In this document: in pieces, positions 24,080 through 31,820 of the stretch
How the letters are laid out: every line of letters begins with the position of its first letter
Position numbering within the stretch: the first letter of the stretch is position 1
Origin: Pyrolobus fumarii 1A
GTDB lineage: Archaea; Thermoproteota; Thermoprotei_A; Sulfolobales; Pyrodictiaceae
Reading direction: 5' to 3'
Assembly (NCBI RefSeq): GCF_000223395.1
Contig: NC_015931.1
Location: forward strand, 930,001-962,000
Length of the DNA: 32,000 nucleotides
Notes under the pieces: generated by a model
What the model was told of the DNA's origin: nothing
Database searches by the model: none
Seen by the model: the letters and a program-made list of their open reading frames with translations, nothing else
Translations under genes and position numbers: made by a program

Positions 24080-24988
24080 TCAACCGCTGTCAGTTCTAGG
24101 GACCCCGTCTACCGAGGAGACTTTCCCACGAGCAAAGCTACGTAGGACAGCCTCATATACCATCAATGGGTCGAGTATATTCTTACACCCGAACCTAGAG
24201 AGATCCGCCCCGTCAGTGCAGATGATAGCCTCAGAATCCTCGACCCTAACCGTAAACCTAGCGGAGTCCTTAACAGCCTCGTACACCTCGTCAAGAATCT
24301 CAGGGCTACAAGCGAAACACGCACGTGTAATGTCAGAGTCGCTAGAGGTACTGTACACCACCTTACCATCCACAAGAACTACTATACTGCGTGTTAGGTC
24401 AGCAGGAACCTGGAGGCTAACGTGCGTCGTTACAACCACTGGATGACCCCTCGCAAGCCACTCGAACATTCGCAGGACAACGCTAATACTATTGACGTCT
24501 AGGCCCGAGAAAGGCTCATCAAAAACATATGCCTCGCATTCCCTCCCCATGCCAGCAGCGAGCAGCAACCTCTTCCTCATGCCTGTGGAATAGCTACGAA
24601 TGGGCCTATCCCAGAAGCTGGCAATATCGAGCAACTCCGCAACCTCGACCATACGCTCCCATGAGGATCCGGAGGCGCTTATAACAAACCTCAAGAACTC
24701 CCTACCCGAGAGCCACCATGGTAAACCAACATCCTCGAAGACGAAACAAACCCGTCTGCACACGGTATCCCTCGACCGCCAGGGATCCAGGCCAAACACA
24801 GAGACACTGCCACGAGAAGGCCTCAGTATCCCAGCAAACAAGCGCAATAATGTAGACTTGCCACTACCATTAGGACCAAGTAGAAAGTGAAGACCTGACC
24901 CCTCGAAACTCACGTTGACGTCGACTAGTGCCAATGTAGAACCGAAAACCTTCCACACACTCCTAGCAGCAAACAAACATAGACCCAC
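24080..24988 (-). CDS. ABC transporter ATP-binding protein (ABC-2/CcmA-like) with an ~80-aa C-terminal extension
   Basis: Walker A GPNGSGKST, signature YSTGMRKRL, Walker B YVFDEPFSGLD and H-loop TTH. Confidence 0.88.
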   Translation of the reverse strand: MGLCLFAARSVWKVFGSTLALVDVNVSFEGSGLHFLLGPNGSGKSTLLRLFAGILRPSRGSVSVFGLDPWRSRDTVCRRVCFVFEDVGLPWWLSGREFLRFVISASGSSWERMVEVAELLDIASFWDRPIRSYSTGMRKRLLLAAGMGRECEAYVFDEPFSGLDVNSISVVLRMFEWLARGHPVVVTTHVSLQVPADLTRSIVVLVDGKVVYSTSSDSDITRACFACSPEILDEVYEAVKDSARFTVRVEDSEAIICTDGADLSRFGCKNILDPLMVYEAVLRSFARGKVSSVDGVPRTDSG

Positions 24989-25100
24989 CCTTACGTCATA
25001 AGTATCCTCGACGGAGGTGTATGTTATTAATTTTCCTGGCAGAAAGTTTCCAACAAGCTATAACAATCATAAAAGTAGTGCATCCATACTGGGATAAACA
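24989..25100. promoter_or_regulatory. Divergent AT-rich promoter region
   Basis: ATAAAA at 25069-25074 lies 27 nt before ATG 25101, a leaderless-type spacing. An AAATTAATAA-like tract on the minus strand at about 25021-25035 faces the ABC ATPase start at 24988. Confidence 0.45.
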
Positions 25101-25220
25101 ATGTATACAAGGCGTAAGATCGTACTACTGCTGCTATCCTCGCTAATGTTAATAGTGATAACAGCTATTAGCGTGTATGCAGGGAGCGCATTCTGCTCTA
25201 GCACCGGAAAACACTATTGA
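25101..25220 (+). other. Signal/anchor-peptide mini-ORF (39 codons), out of frame with the downstream body
   Basis: Hand translation: MYTRRKIVLLLLSSLMLIVITAISVYAGSAFCSSTGKHY-stop, with a basic n-region plus h-region. The body ORF 25177-25518 is in the +1 frame. Confidence 0.5.
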
Positions 25221-25518
25221 GGTAAACGCATATGCACTGTACAACAATGGCTATGGAAGGGTAGACGCCTCTGCAAAGGCATACGACAGTACAGACGAAG
25301 TAATGGTAATGATATACGCCCGGTTTGACGACACACCCGTCTATTGTGCAATAGATTTTGGCCAGGGCTATGCTTACGCCTATATCGACTCTAAAGAGGC
25401 TGGGATTGAGAACGTCAAGTATACGTATGCTGAGGCTGAAGGAGAGAATTACAATACAGGTGAAACTGTGTTTGTATCGGCCTTTGCGTCACAAAGTAGC
25501 GGATGGTGTGGCTGCTAA
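25177..25518 (+). CDS. Small acidic Tyr-rich protein ending in CGC; probably the body of a frameshifted exported protein
   Basis: The 113-aa track ORF has no signal peptide of its own, and its frame is open from 25162. No family recognised. Confidence 0.5.
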   Translation: MQGAHSALAPENTIEVNAYALYNNGYGRVDASAKAYDSTDEVMVMIYARFDDTPVYCAIDFGQGYAYAYIDSKEAGIENVKYTYAEAEGENYNTGETVFVSAFASQSSGWCGC

Positions 25519-25567
25519 CATGACAAGACGATCAACATGATAAACAAGTGTAGCTAGGTGATACGTC

Positions 25568-25666
25568 ATGATGCATGGATCACAATTTTCTAAAACACTG
25601 AGTCTCCTGTTTTTTATCCTCCTTTCTCTCTCTATTCTTGCCATTACATCATGTTGCAACGCTTAA
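25568..25666 (+). other. Second signal-peptide mini-ORF (32 codons), out of frame with the downstream body
   Basis: An AGGTGA SD (25556-25561) lies 6 nt before ATG 25568. Translation: MMHGSQFSKTLSLLFFILLSLSILAITSCCNA-stop. The body ORF is in the +1 frame. Confidence 0.5.
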
Positions 25667-26750
25667 TACCCTTATCGCAGCAGAAGGCTTGCCTCCTAAC
25701 GACTTTAGCGACCCTGGTAACCCTATTGTACTTGTTTACAAGGTTTGCAGCTTGAGTAATAAGACGATAATATTCTTCAACACTACATCGGGCGGGAAAC
25801 AGCCTATAGGAAGCTGTGTCACGCTCAACATAACATTGTTTAGAGTTAATGATAGTAGCTTCGTCGTGAGGTATACGTTCAAAGCCACGAATTTCAAACT
25901 TGTAAAAGAGTATGTGCTGGTAAAACCGTACTACATGTTGTTTAACTCTAGTGGTGATTTCGCTGGTGCATTCCCCTTCATGTTGTTCGACGTCAATATC
26001 GTGAACGATACTATCGTTAAGATATATAGTAATCAAATTTTCTATAGTGTAAGTTTTAGATGTTCTAGGGACGAGTGTAGCGAGCCCCTCAAGCTCTTGC
26101 AAGATGTTATTAGGGGATGCAGTAAGCGTGGTGTAACGCGTCTAAACAAGACGGTATCGATTATAGTCTCCAAGGAAGAGGTATACGTAAAGCTTAGATG
26201 GGCTCCTCTTATGCTCATGTATGTTCTCTCCAAGCGTCCGGCAGACAAACCTATAATCGTGGATGGTGTCCGCCTGGGTCCTGAAAGGCTTATAGTATTC
26301 GATGCGGAGAGTGCCTCTGGGCTTAGCGCTAGTATCGTGAAAGCTGCGATGGAGAAAAGGGGTCTAAAGGTACTACATTGCGAGGTAACTAAAAATGGAA
26401 AACTTGTCGGAGTTGTCGTGCTTACGCCGGATTGTCGTATATCCGTGATTATCGTTTATGGGAGGCATGTTGGATACTATGACTTGTTAACGCGTGTACT
26501 AGTGTATGGCGTGTATGAGGGCGGGCCGTGTGCGAATGTACTGTGTGTGTTTCCGCTTGACACCCAGTTCTACTTTGATCGTTTCGAGATGAGGGGTGTC
26601 GAGGTTAGGTTAGTGTATACAAATCTCCCGTTGAGTAGCGTGAATTATGTTGTTGGTACGGATAGACCGTACAGGCTGTACACGCTTGCGCTTGCTGCAT
26701 TGTGGGTCATCATCTCATCGATACTTATGCACTTGTTTAGAAGGTGGTGA
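25638..26750 (+). CDS. Sequon-rich extracellular protein with a C-terminal TM anchor (hypothetical)
   Basis: 370-aa track ORF (TTG start as listed, frame open from 25602). Sequons NKT, NTT, NIT, NDS, NSS, NDT and NKT. C-terminal LYTLALAALWVIISSILMHLF followed by RRW. Confidence 0.6.
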   Translation: MPLHHVATLNTLIAAEGLPPNDFSDPGNPIVLVYKVCSLSNKTIIFFNTTSGGKQPIGSCVTLNITLFRVNDSSFVVRYTFKATNFKLVKEYVLVKPYYMLFNSSGDFAGAFPFMLFDVNIVNDTIVKIYSNQIFYSVSFRCSRDECSEPLKLLQDVIRGCSKRGVTRLNKTVSIIVSKEEVYVKLRWAPLMLMYVLSKRPADKPIIVDGVRLGPERLIVFDAESASGLSASIVKAAMEKRGLKVLHCEVTKNGKLVGVVVLTPDCRISVIIVYGRHVGYYDLLTRVLVYGVYEGGPCANVLCVFPLDTQFYFDRFEMRGVEVRLVYTNLPLSSVNYVVGTDRPYRLYTLALAALWVIISSILMHLFRRW

Positions 26751-27133
26751 TCATGACGGGTAGGTACGCGGGTTTCCTGCTACCGGTCGTAGTATGGGTT
26801 GTTGTGATGCTCGCCTTCAGCCTAATGGTCTACACTGTGGACTACCCTACGGGTGGCTACTTTTCCTATACGCCGTGGAGCGCTGGCATACCATCCGCGT
26901 ACTTAGGGAGGATCTATATTTGCTCATGGGGAGGGAATGCGAGTATCAGCATTAGACTCTCGGGTATAAAGATGGCTAAGTTTTTGGTTCTGGCTGAGGC
27001 TATCGGAAGCGGCTCTAATGTCACGGTGTCTAGACTCGTTGTTGGAGATTCTCGTAGCCTGGCGTTCACGTATGAGCTTAGGAGCCCAGACCTCTACAGG
27101 TTTACGATCCTAGTGGCGTTTTGTGCCAAGTGA
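26744..27133 (+). CDS. Hypothetical membrane-anchored protein (129 aa)
   Basis: N-terminal TM FLLPVVVWVVVMLAFSLMVY followed by a beta-like ectodomain. It overlaps both neighbours (7 nt and 11 nt), consistent with an operon. Confidence 0.55.
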   Translation: MVIMTGRYAGFLLPVVVWVVVMLAFSLMVYTVDYPTGGYFSYTPWSAGIPSAYLGRIYICSWGGNASISIRLSGIKMAKFLVLAEAIGSGSNVTVSRLVVGDSRSLAFTYELRSPDLYRFTILVAFCAK

Positions 27134-28088
27134 GGGAGCGGCACAAATCCTTGTAGAGTTTAACGCTTGGGGGCCTAGACGAGAACTGGCAGCGAACATG
27201 GTGGTATCGGCGCTCTTCTTCGCAGGCCTATGGGCTGCAGCGACAAGCCTGATATACGCGTGGGTCAGTCGTACCAGCAGAGAGCTATTGTTGTTCTTTG
27301 CGAGGTTTCCGGCGACGAGCCTGCTAGGCAGCATCGGCGCGATAGCGATCCTGAGTGATGTGTGGCCACCAAAGGTGTTGATAGACTATTCTCCCAGGGT
27401 TGTTGCTATGTACGCTTCTATCACGAGCTACGAGTCTTTCACACTCTATCTTCTACTCTTCCTGTCGGGTCTCTACGCGGTACTCTTCTACGCGTACGCC
27501 ATCGAGCGCAAGCTCTTCGACGCGTTAGAGCTGGCGTCGTTCAGGAGGAGTGAAGTGGTGAGGACACACCTAGTCTCCTGGGTACTGTTATACTGGTTGC
27601 TGGTCATCTTCACTGTCCTAACGCTAAGCTACTCCTACGCCGCGATACTCTACCAGCTTAGACCCATAGAAGCGCTTAGTATCGTAATGCCAGTTGTGCT
27701 GCTAGAGTTGACGTTCTATCTTCTTGTAGGATATCTGGTCGCTACGCTGCTCTGCATGGTGTTTGGCAGAGTGAATGTCGCGATTCTAGCTCATTTGCTC
27801 GCCTCGTTCGGGATAGTTGAGCTTGTCCGCAACCACCCCCGCATATTTGAGGTGTACTGGAGCCTAGCAGATCTTGACATCCCGGTGTTTGGCATACCCC
27901 TCTTCGACAAGAGTGTAGAGGAGGTGACGGTGGGCGAGGTGCTTAGCAAGATGCAGGAGAGGCTAAACATCATTATGAGCAGCATGCTGGTCGAACGGTT
28001 GATACCGAAGACGGTGATGGTATCTGCTACGCTGCTAATACTCGTAGCCATACTATATGTGGTGGCTATGAGGAGAGAGTTTCGGTAG
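27123..28088 (+). CDS. Polytopic membrane protein, likely the ABC-2-type permease partner
   Basis: 321 aa with about 6 hydrophobic helices and a last TM near the C-terminus (VMVSATLLILVAILYVVAM). The permease assignment comes from context with the divergent ABC ATPase. Confidence 0.5.
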   Translation: MPSEGAAQILVEFNAWGPRRELAANMVVSALFFAGLWAAATSLIYAWVSRTSRELLLFFARFPATSLLGSIGAIAILSDVWPPKVLIDYSPRVVAMYASITSYESFTLYLLLFLSGLYAVLFYAYAIERKLFDALELASFRRSEVVRTHLVSWVLLYWLLVIFTVLTLSYSYAAILYQLRPIEALSIVMPVVLLELTFYLLVGYLVATLLCMVFGRVNVAILAHLLASFGIVELVRNHPRIFEVYWSLADLDIPVFGIPLFDKSVEEVTVGEVLSKMQERLNIIMSSMLVERLIPKTVMVSATLLILVAILYVVAMRREFR

Positions 28089-28133
28089 GAGCGTGGCGAC
28101 TCAGCGTACGCGTGTTGGCGTGTTTATCCAACT

Positions 28134-29096
28134 CTACGCGTGCCTCGAGAGGTAGTCGAGTATTGTTTTTGCTATGGCTCTGGCTAGTGGTGGTGGCACG
28201 GCCTCGCCAACCTGGTTGTATTGCTCATCGCGGCCGCCGAGGAACACATGGTTATCTGGGAAGCCCATTAGCCTAGCTTGTTCGCGGACCGTTAGGAACC
28301 TATCCTCGTAGGGATGGATGAAGCGGCTCGAGCCAAGGACGGTTGGGGCGGGTTTCCGTGGGTCGAGGCGGATAAGGTTAGGTAGTCTCCTACCCTCAGC
28401 ACCCTCGTATAGTATCATCGCTTGACCCCAACGTAGCCTTGCTATCCTCTTAGCCTTCTTGGGGCTAGTTGAAGGTGGCTCGTGATTCGGGGGCCATGGA
28501 GCACCAGGTTCTGGTAATCCCTTCAGAGCGTCACGTACAGTGAGTAGTCTCCTAGAGGGCCTTGGACGCAGGGGTATGTTGGATATGAATACTCTCCTCC
28601 TGTGGCTCGGCGTCCCGTACCTCTCGGCCTCGAGGATATTGAAGTATATGCGTTCGTAGCCTGCTCTCGCGAATACCCTTCTCAGCTCGTCGCGTAACTC
28701 GCCCTCAAGTATACCCGGCACATTCTCCATCACGAACACCTTTGGTCTAAGCTCTCCGACTATGCGGGCATAGTGGAGTACAAGCTGGCCTATCGGATCC
28801 CTGTACAGTCTATCAAGCGGGTCTTTCATCCTACGTGGGTTTGCGCCAGTGAACGGCTCGCAAGGCGGACTACCTATCACCACATCGGGTTGGCCAACGA
28901 GCCTCTCGATCAGCCTGCCGGTAACCTCCCTCACATCTATATGCAGGGCTATCGCTTCTGGAAAGTTCGCCTTAAAGCTGCGTATCGCGGCCGCGTCGTT
29001 ATCTACGCCCAAGAGGACTTGGAAGCCTGCGTCCCGGAATCCTCTCGAGAATCCACCGGCACCGCTAAACAAGTCTATAATTGTGAAGCGTGTCAA
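28134..29096 (-). CDS. DNA (cytosine-5)-methyltransferase (Dcm family)
   Basis: Motif I IDLFSGAGGFSRGF, IV GSPPCEPFT, VI FVMENVPG, VIII SHRRRVFI, IX REQARLMGFPDNHVF and X YNQVGEAVPPPLARAI. Confidence 0.88.
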   Translation of the reverse strand: MTRFTIIDLFSGAGGFSRGFRDAGFQVLLGVDNDAAAIRSFKANFPEAIALHIDVREVTGRLIERLVGQPDVVIGSPPCEPFTGANPRRMKDPLDRLYRDPIGQLVLHYARIVGELRPKVFVMENVPGILEGELRDELRRVFARAGYERIYFNILEAERYGTPSHRRRVFISNIPLRPRPSRRLLTVRDALKGLPEPGAPWPPNHEPPSTSPKKAKRIARLRWGQAMILYEGAEGRRLPNLIRLDPRKPAPTVLGSSRFIHPYEDRFLTVREQARLMGFPDNHVFLGGRDEQYNQVGEAVPPPLARAIAKTILDYLSRHA

Positions 29097-29102
29097 GCGA
29101 GA

Positions 29103-29615
29103 CTAGCCCCTCCTCTCCTCTTTCGCTATCTCCTCCTCGAGCTTCTGGATAACCTCCTCGAGTATACTAACTATCTGCTCCTGCCTCTCGTCCGGCTCCA
29201 GAGGCGAGCCACACCTCGGACATATCATTCCATACTCCATTGCCTCGTCAAAGGTGAAGCGTAGCCCGTCGGTCGGGCACGTGTAGAATATGTTGTCGCG
29301 CTCATACTCGAGACGCAGTCGGAGCTTCTCTATAACGGCCTTCTTCCGCGCCACGAGGGCAGGTCTGAGATTCTCGAAGTTGACGCGCCAGTAGAATATC
29401 AGGCGGCCTGTATCGGGGTCTCTCTGCTTCCTATAGATGACGAAACCAGACTCCATTAGCTTGTTGAGCGCCCTTCTAATAACGTTGAACTTCAGCCCGG
29501 TCTTCTCGGCCATCTGCTCCTCGGTTAGCTCCTGACCGCTCTCATAGAGTATCCTGAGTACCTCGCGTGTTTCTGGCCCGTAGAGCCTCTCGATGAATGT
29601 GTAGAGCTGTTCCAT
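29103..29615 (-). CDS. tfe: Transcription factor E (TFE-alpha, TFIIE-alpha homolog)
   Basis: wHTH EVLRILYESGQELTEEQMAEKTGLKFNVIRRALNKLMESGFVIYRKQRD plus zinc ribbon YTCP...CPRCGSPL. I prefer ATG 29615 (MEQLYTF...) by alignment to Sulfolobus TFE as I remember it. The maximal ORF reaches GTG 29681, which overlaps the mbf1 stop as GTGA. Confidence 0.85.
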   Translation of the reverse strand: MEQLYTFIERLYGPETREVLRILYESGQELTEEQMAEKTGLKFNVIRRALNKLMESGFVIYRKQRDPDTGRLIFYWRVNFENLRPALVARKKAVIEKLRLRLEYERDNIFYTCPTDGLRFTFDEAMEYGMICPRCGSPLEPDERQEQIVSILEEVIQKLEEEIAKEERRG

Positions 29616-29677
29616 CGTGGACCCTAGTACTACTGAGGTTGAAAGAAGGTGGATAAGGGCTACCCCGGGGGCGCTTT

Positions 29678-30325
29678 TCACTCCTCACGTATCTCGACAA
29701 TATCGCCGAGTGTCAGCTCGAACTCGCTGCGCTTGCGCCTAGACCCGGAGACCCCAAGCTCGACATCCTCTTCGACAACGGGCTCCAGAAGCTTGATGCC
29801 AAGCACCTTCTCCAGCCTTCTGGCAAGATCCACGGTTGGTACCAGGGTGCCAGCCTCAATCCTCTTGATAACATTAACCCTCTCCTTAACTCTCACGGCG
29901 AGCTCCTCTTGAGATAGACCGAGTCTTTCACGGGCCCTCCTTACCCTCTCCGCGAAATCAGGTACGACCTCGTACCTCTCAGCCAGCCTATCGCTGCCTA
30001 GGCCTCTCCCACGGCCCCCGCCCGGCCTGGGCGTAACTGGTCTGGTGGAGGGCCTTGGCGTGGACGGGCGTGCTAGAGCGGGTGAGGGCCTAGAGGCTGG
30101 TGTAATAGTTGTACGGGTAGCACCGCCACCGGATATGCGAGCCTTGAGTGGCACATCCTCTGTTCCCGTGCTTCTCGCGCGACTAATATACCGGTTGTAG
30201 CACCTTTCACACACGTACATCTCGCTACCCTCAACGTATATAACGTATGGCTCGTCCTCGACGGGCAGGCCACACATCTCACAGTAAAGGACGCGTCTCC
30301 TGCTAGACAAGGACCTGCACCCCAC
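29678..30325 (-). CDS. mbf1: Archaeal multiprotein bridging factor 1 (zinc ribbon + XRE-type HTH)
   Basis: N-terminal CEMCG...CERC zinc ribbon. C-terminal FAERVRRARERLGLSQEELAVRVKERVNVIKRIEAG HTH. A long Pro/Arg/Thr/Ser linker lies between them. Confidence 0.8.
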   Translation of the reverse strand: MGCRSLSSRRRVLYCEMCGLPVEDEPYVIYVEGSEMYVCERCYNRYISRARSTGTEDVPLKARISGGGATRTTITPASRPSPALARPSTPRPSTRPVTPRPGGGRGRGLGSDRLAERYEVVPDFAERVRRARERLGLSQEELAVRVKERVNVIKRIEAGTLVPTVDLARRLEKVLGIKLLEPVVEEDVELGVSGSRRKRSEFELTLGDIVEIREE

Positions 30326-30363
30326 TCAGCCAACAACCATTAGGCTATCAAGCTCCGCTAGGG

Positions 30364-30369
30364 TATAAA
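30364..30369 (-). promoter_or_regulatory. TATA box (TTTATA on the minus strand) upstream of mbf1
   Basis: Plus-strand TATAAA at 30364-30369, about 39 nt upstream of GTG 30325. It could also fire rightward. Confidence 0.45.
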
Positions 30370-30975
30370 CTAGGGGCTCGGCAAGGGCCCAGCAGCATCA
30401 CTCTCACTTCAGATGCTCGACGGATAGCTCCTCACAGCCCCACCCTGAACAACCATAGGGGAGGGTATAGTGCCGAGCGTTGCGCGTGGACTAGCGTGGT
30501 GCGTTAACGGGCCTCACGATAAGATGCATAGGGCGATTATGTGCTGTCGTTAGGAAGTGTAGAAGAGTTACCATGAGGTCTCGCAATGTTAGACTGTGTG
30601 TTTATCTCGAAGCCCGTTTGCCAAGCTAGCAAAATGTGAGGCACCTAGCTGCACTATTAACATATTATCACCAGGGTTAGTATAAATGTGTATGCGCAGG
30701 GTGCACTAGTGTTAATACCGCCGATGCTTATCGGCGTGTTGCACGGCACCATCTAGAACATTAAGAGGTTTGGCGCAAGAGTTTATATAGTAGAAGACTA
30801 CTGTGCGCTCGGGCTGTGCTGGATACACATCACAGTAATTGGTATCTAAGGAGGTTTAGACTAAAGAGAAAAGTAGGCCGTGGCATGTGTTTACATTTTG
30901 ACTATTTTGGCGAGTCGGATATGTGTAGGGATAGAGATATGGTAGCCTCTGTATCTGCAACCTGGTGCACCCTTA

Positions 30976-31782
30976 TTGCGGGCGCACAGGAGCCTCATTG
31001 TGTTGCTACCTGTACTAGCTCTTGCTTCTGCAATCGTCTATACAGTCTATCACTCGTCTAGCGCACCCATGATGCACTCAACAGATAATGCGATGCGAGT
31101 CTATTCTAGAAGCTTATGTGCATACCGTATGCTCTTTTATGATCCACTCGCGCTCGAATATCCAAATCAGACGCTCCTCCGCCAAATAGAGTACATCGTG
31201 AACGAATCGGGAGGCTGCCTCGACGCCTATATCGGAGAAGAAGCGGGTCTAGAACCACTCCTCCACCTCGATAAATATGATATCATCGTTATCCGTGCGC
31301 ATGGCGGGATCTGGGATGGAAGAGGCTTCTATTTCGCGACTGGTCTCTCACCACAGGGCCCTTACGACATCCCAGTATTACTCGTCCAGAAGCTAGCTAA
31401 AAATGGTGTGCTTGAGGCGGGCTCACCAGCTGTACTCTCCGAGGGAGCTGTCATATCATCCTCAGAGTATATCATAGTCGGGGCTCTCTTCTTTAAGCAT
31501 GTCGCGAGGCTCAAGAAGGGCGCGGTAGTCGTAGTAGCATCTTGTGATAGCCTCAATGATCCGAGATTCGTGGAAGCGGTCCTCACGGCTGGGGCCGTGG
31601 CATATATAGGATGGATGGGTAAAACGACACCATCTGCAATAGACGATATGCTTCCAAGCCTTATCAAGCTAATCGTAGAGCACCTAGATAACCCATGCGA
31701 AGCTTTGACTAATCTGAAGATTATTGGGGTGAAGTTAGTGGCGCCAACGGGTGCCGTTCTCTCCGGGGTATGCAAAGAGTAA
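30976..31782 (+). CDS. Secreted or anchored protein with a clan-CD (gingipain/C25-like) cysteine peptidase pattern (hypothetical)
   Basis: N-terminal LIVLLPVLALASAIVYTVY. A hydrophobic block plus His-Gly (YDIIVIRAHGG, His109), then a hydrophobic block plus Ser-Cys (GAVVVVASCDS, Cys190) followed by AGAVAYIGW. The track start is TTG. Confidence 0.45.
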   Translation: MRAHRSLIVLLPVLALASAIVYTVYHSSSAPMMHSTDNAMRVYSRSLCAYRMLFYDPLALEYPNQTLLRQIEYIVNESGGCLDAYIGEEAGLEPLLHLDKYDIIVIRAHGGIWDGRGFYFATGLSPQGPYDIPVLLVQKLAKNGVLEAGSPAVLSEGAVISSSEYIIVGALFFKHVARLKKGAVVVVASCDSLNDPRFVEAVLTAGAVAYIGWMGKTTPSAIDDMLPSLIKLIVEHLDNPCEALTNLKIIGVKLVAPTGAVLSGVCKE

Positions 31783-31820
31783 CTCCGAATAATACTATTT
31801 AGGTCAGGTTGTAATTCTGT

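Noticed and set aside
25162-25666. Classical programmed frameshift signal for the two split genes
   Set aside because: I see no X-XXY-YYZ slippery heptamer, no RF2-like CUU-UGA context and no obvious downstream pseudoknot. Recoding therefore stays only one hypothesis beside indel error or phase variation.
30816-31061. 81-aa plus-strand ORF overlapping the start of the peptidase-like gene, considered as a third frameshifted N-terminus
   Set aside because: Its product has no signal-peptide character, whereas the 30976 frame carries its own hydrophobic N-terminus. No frameshift is needed.
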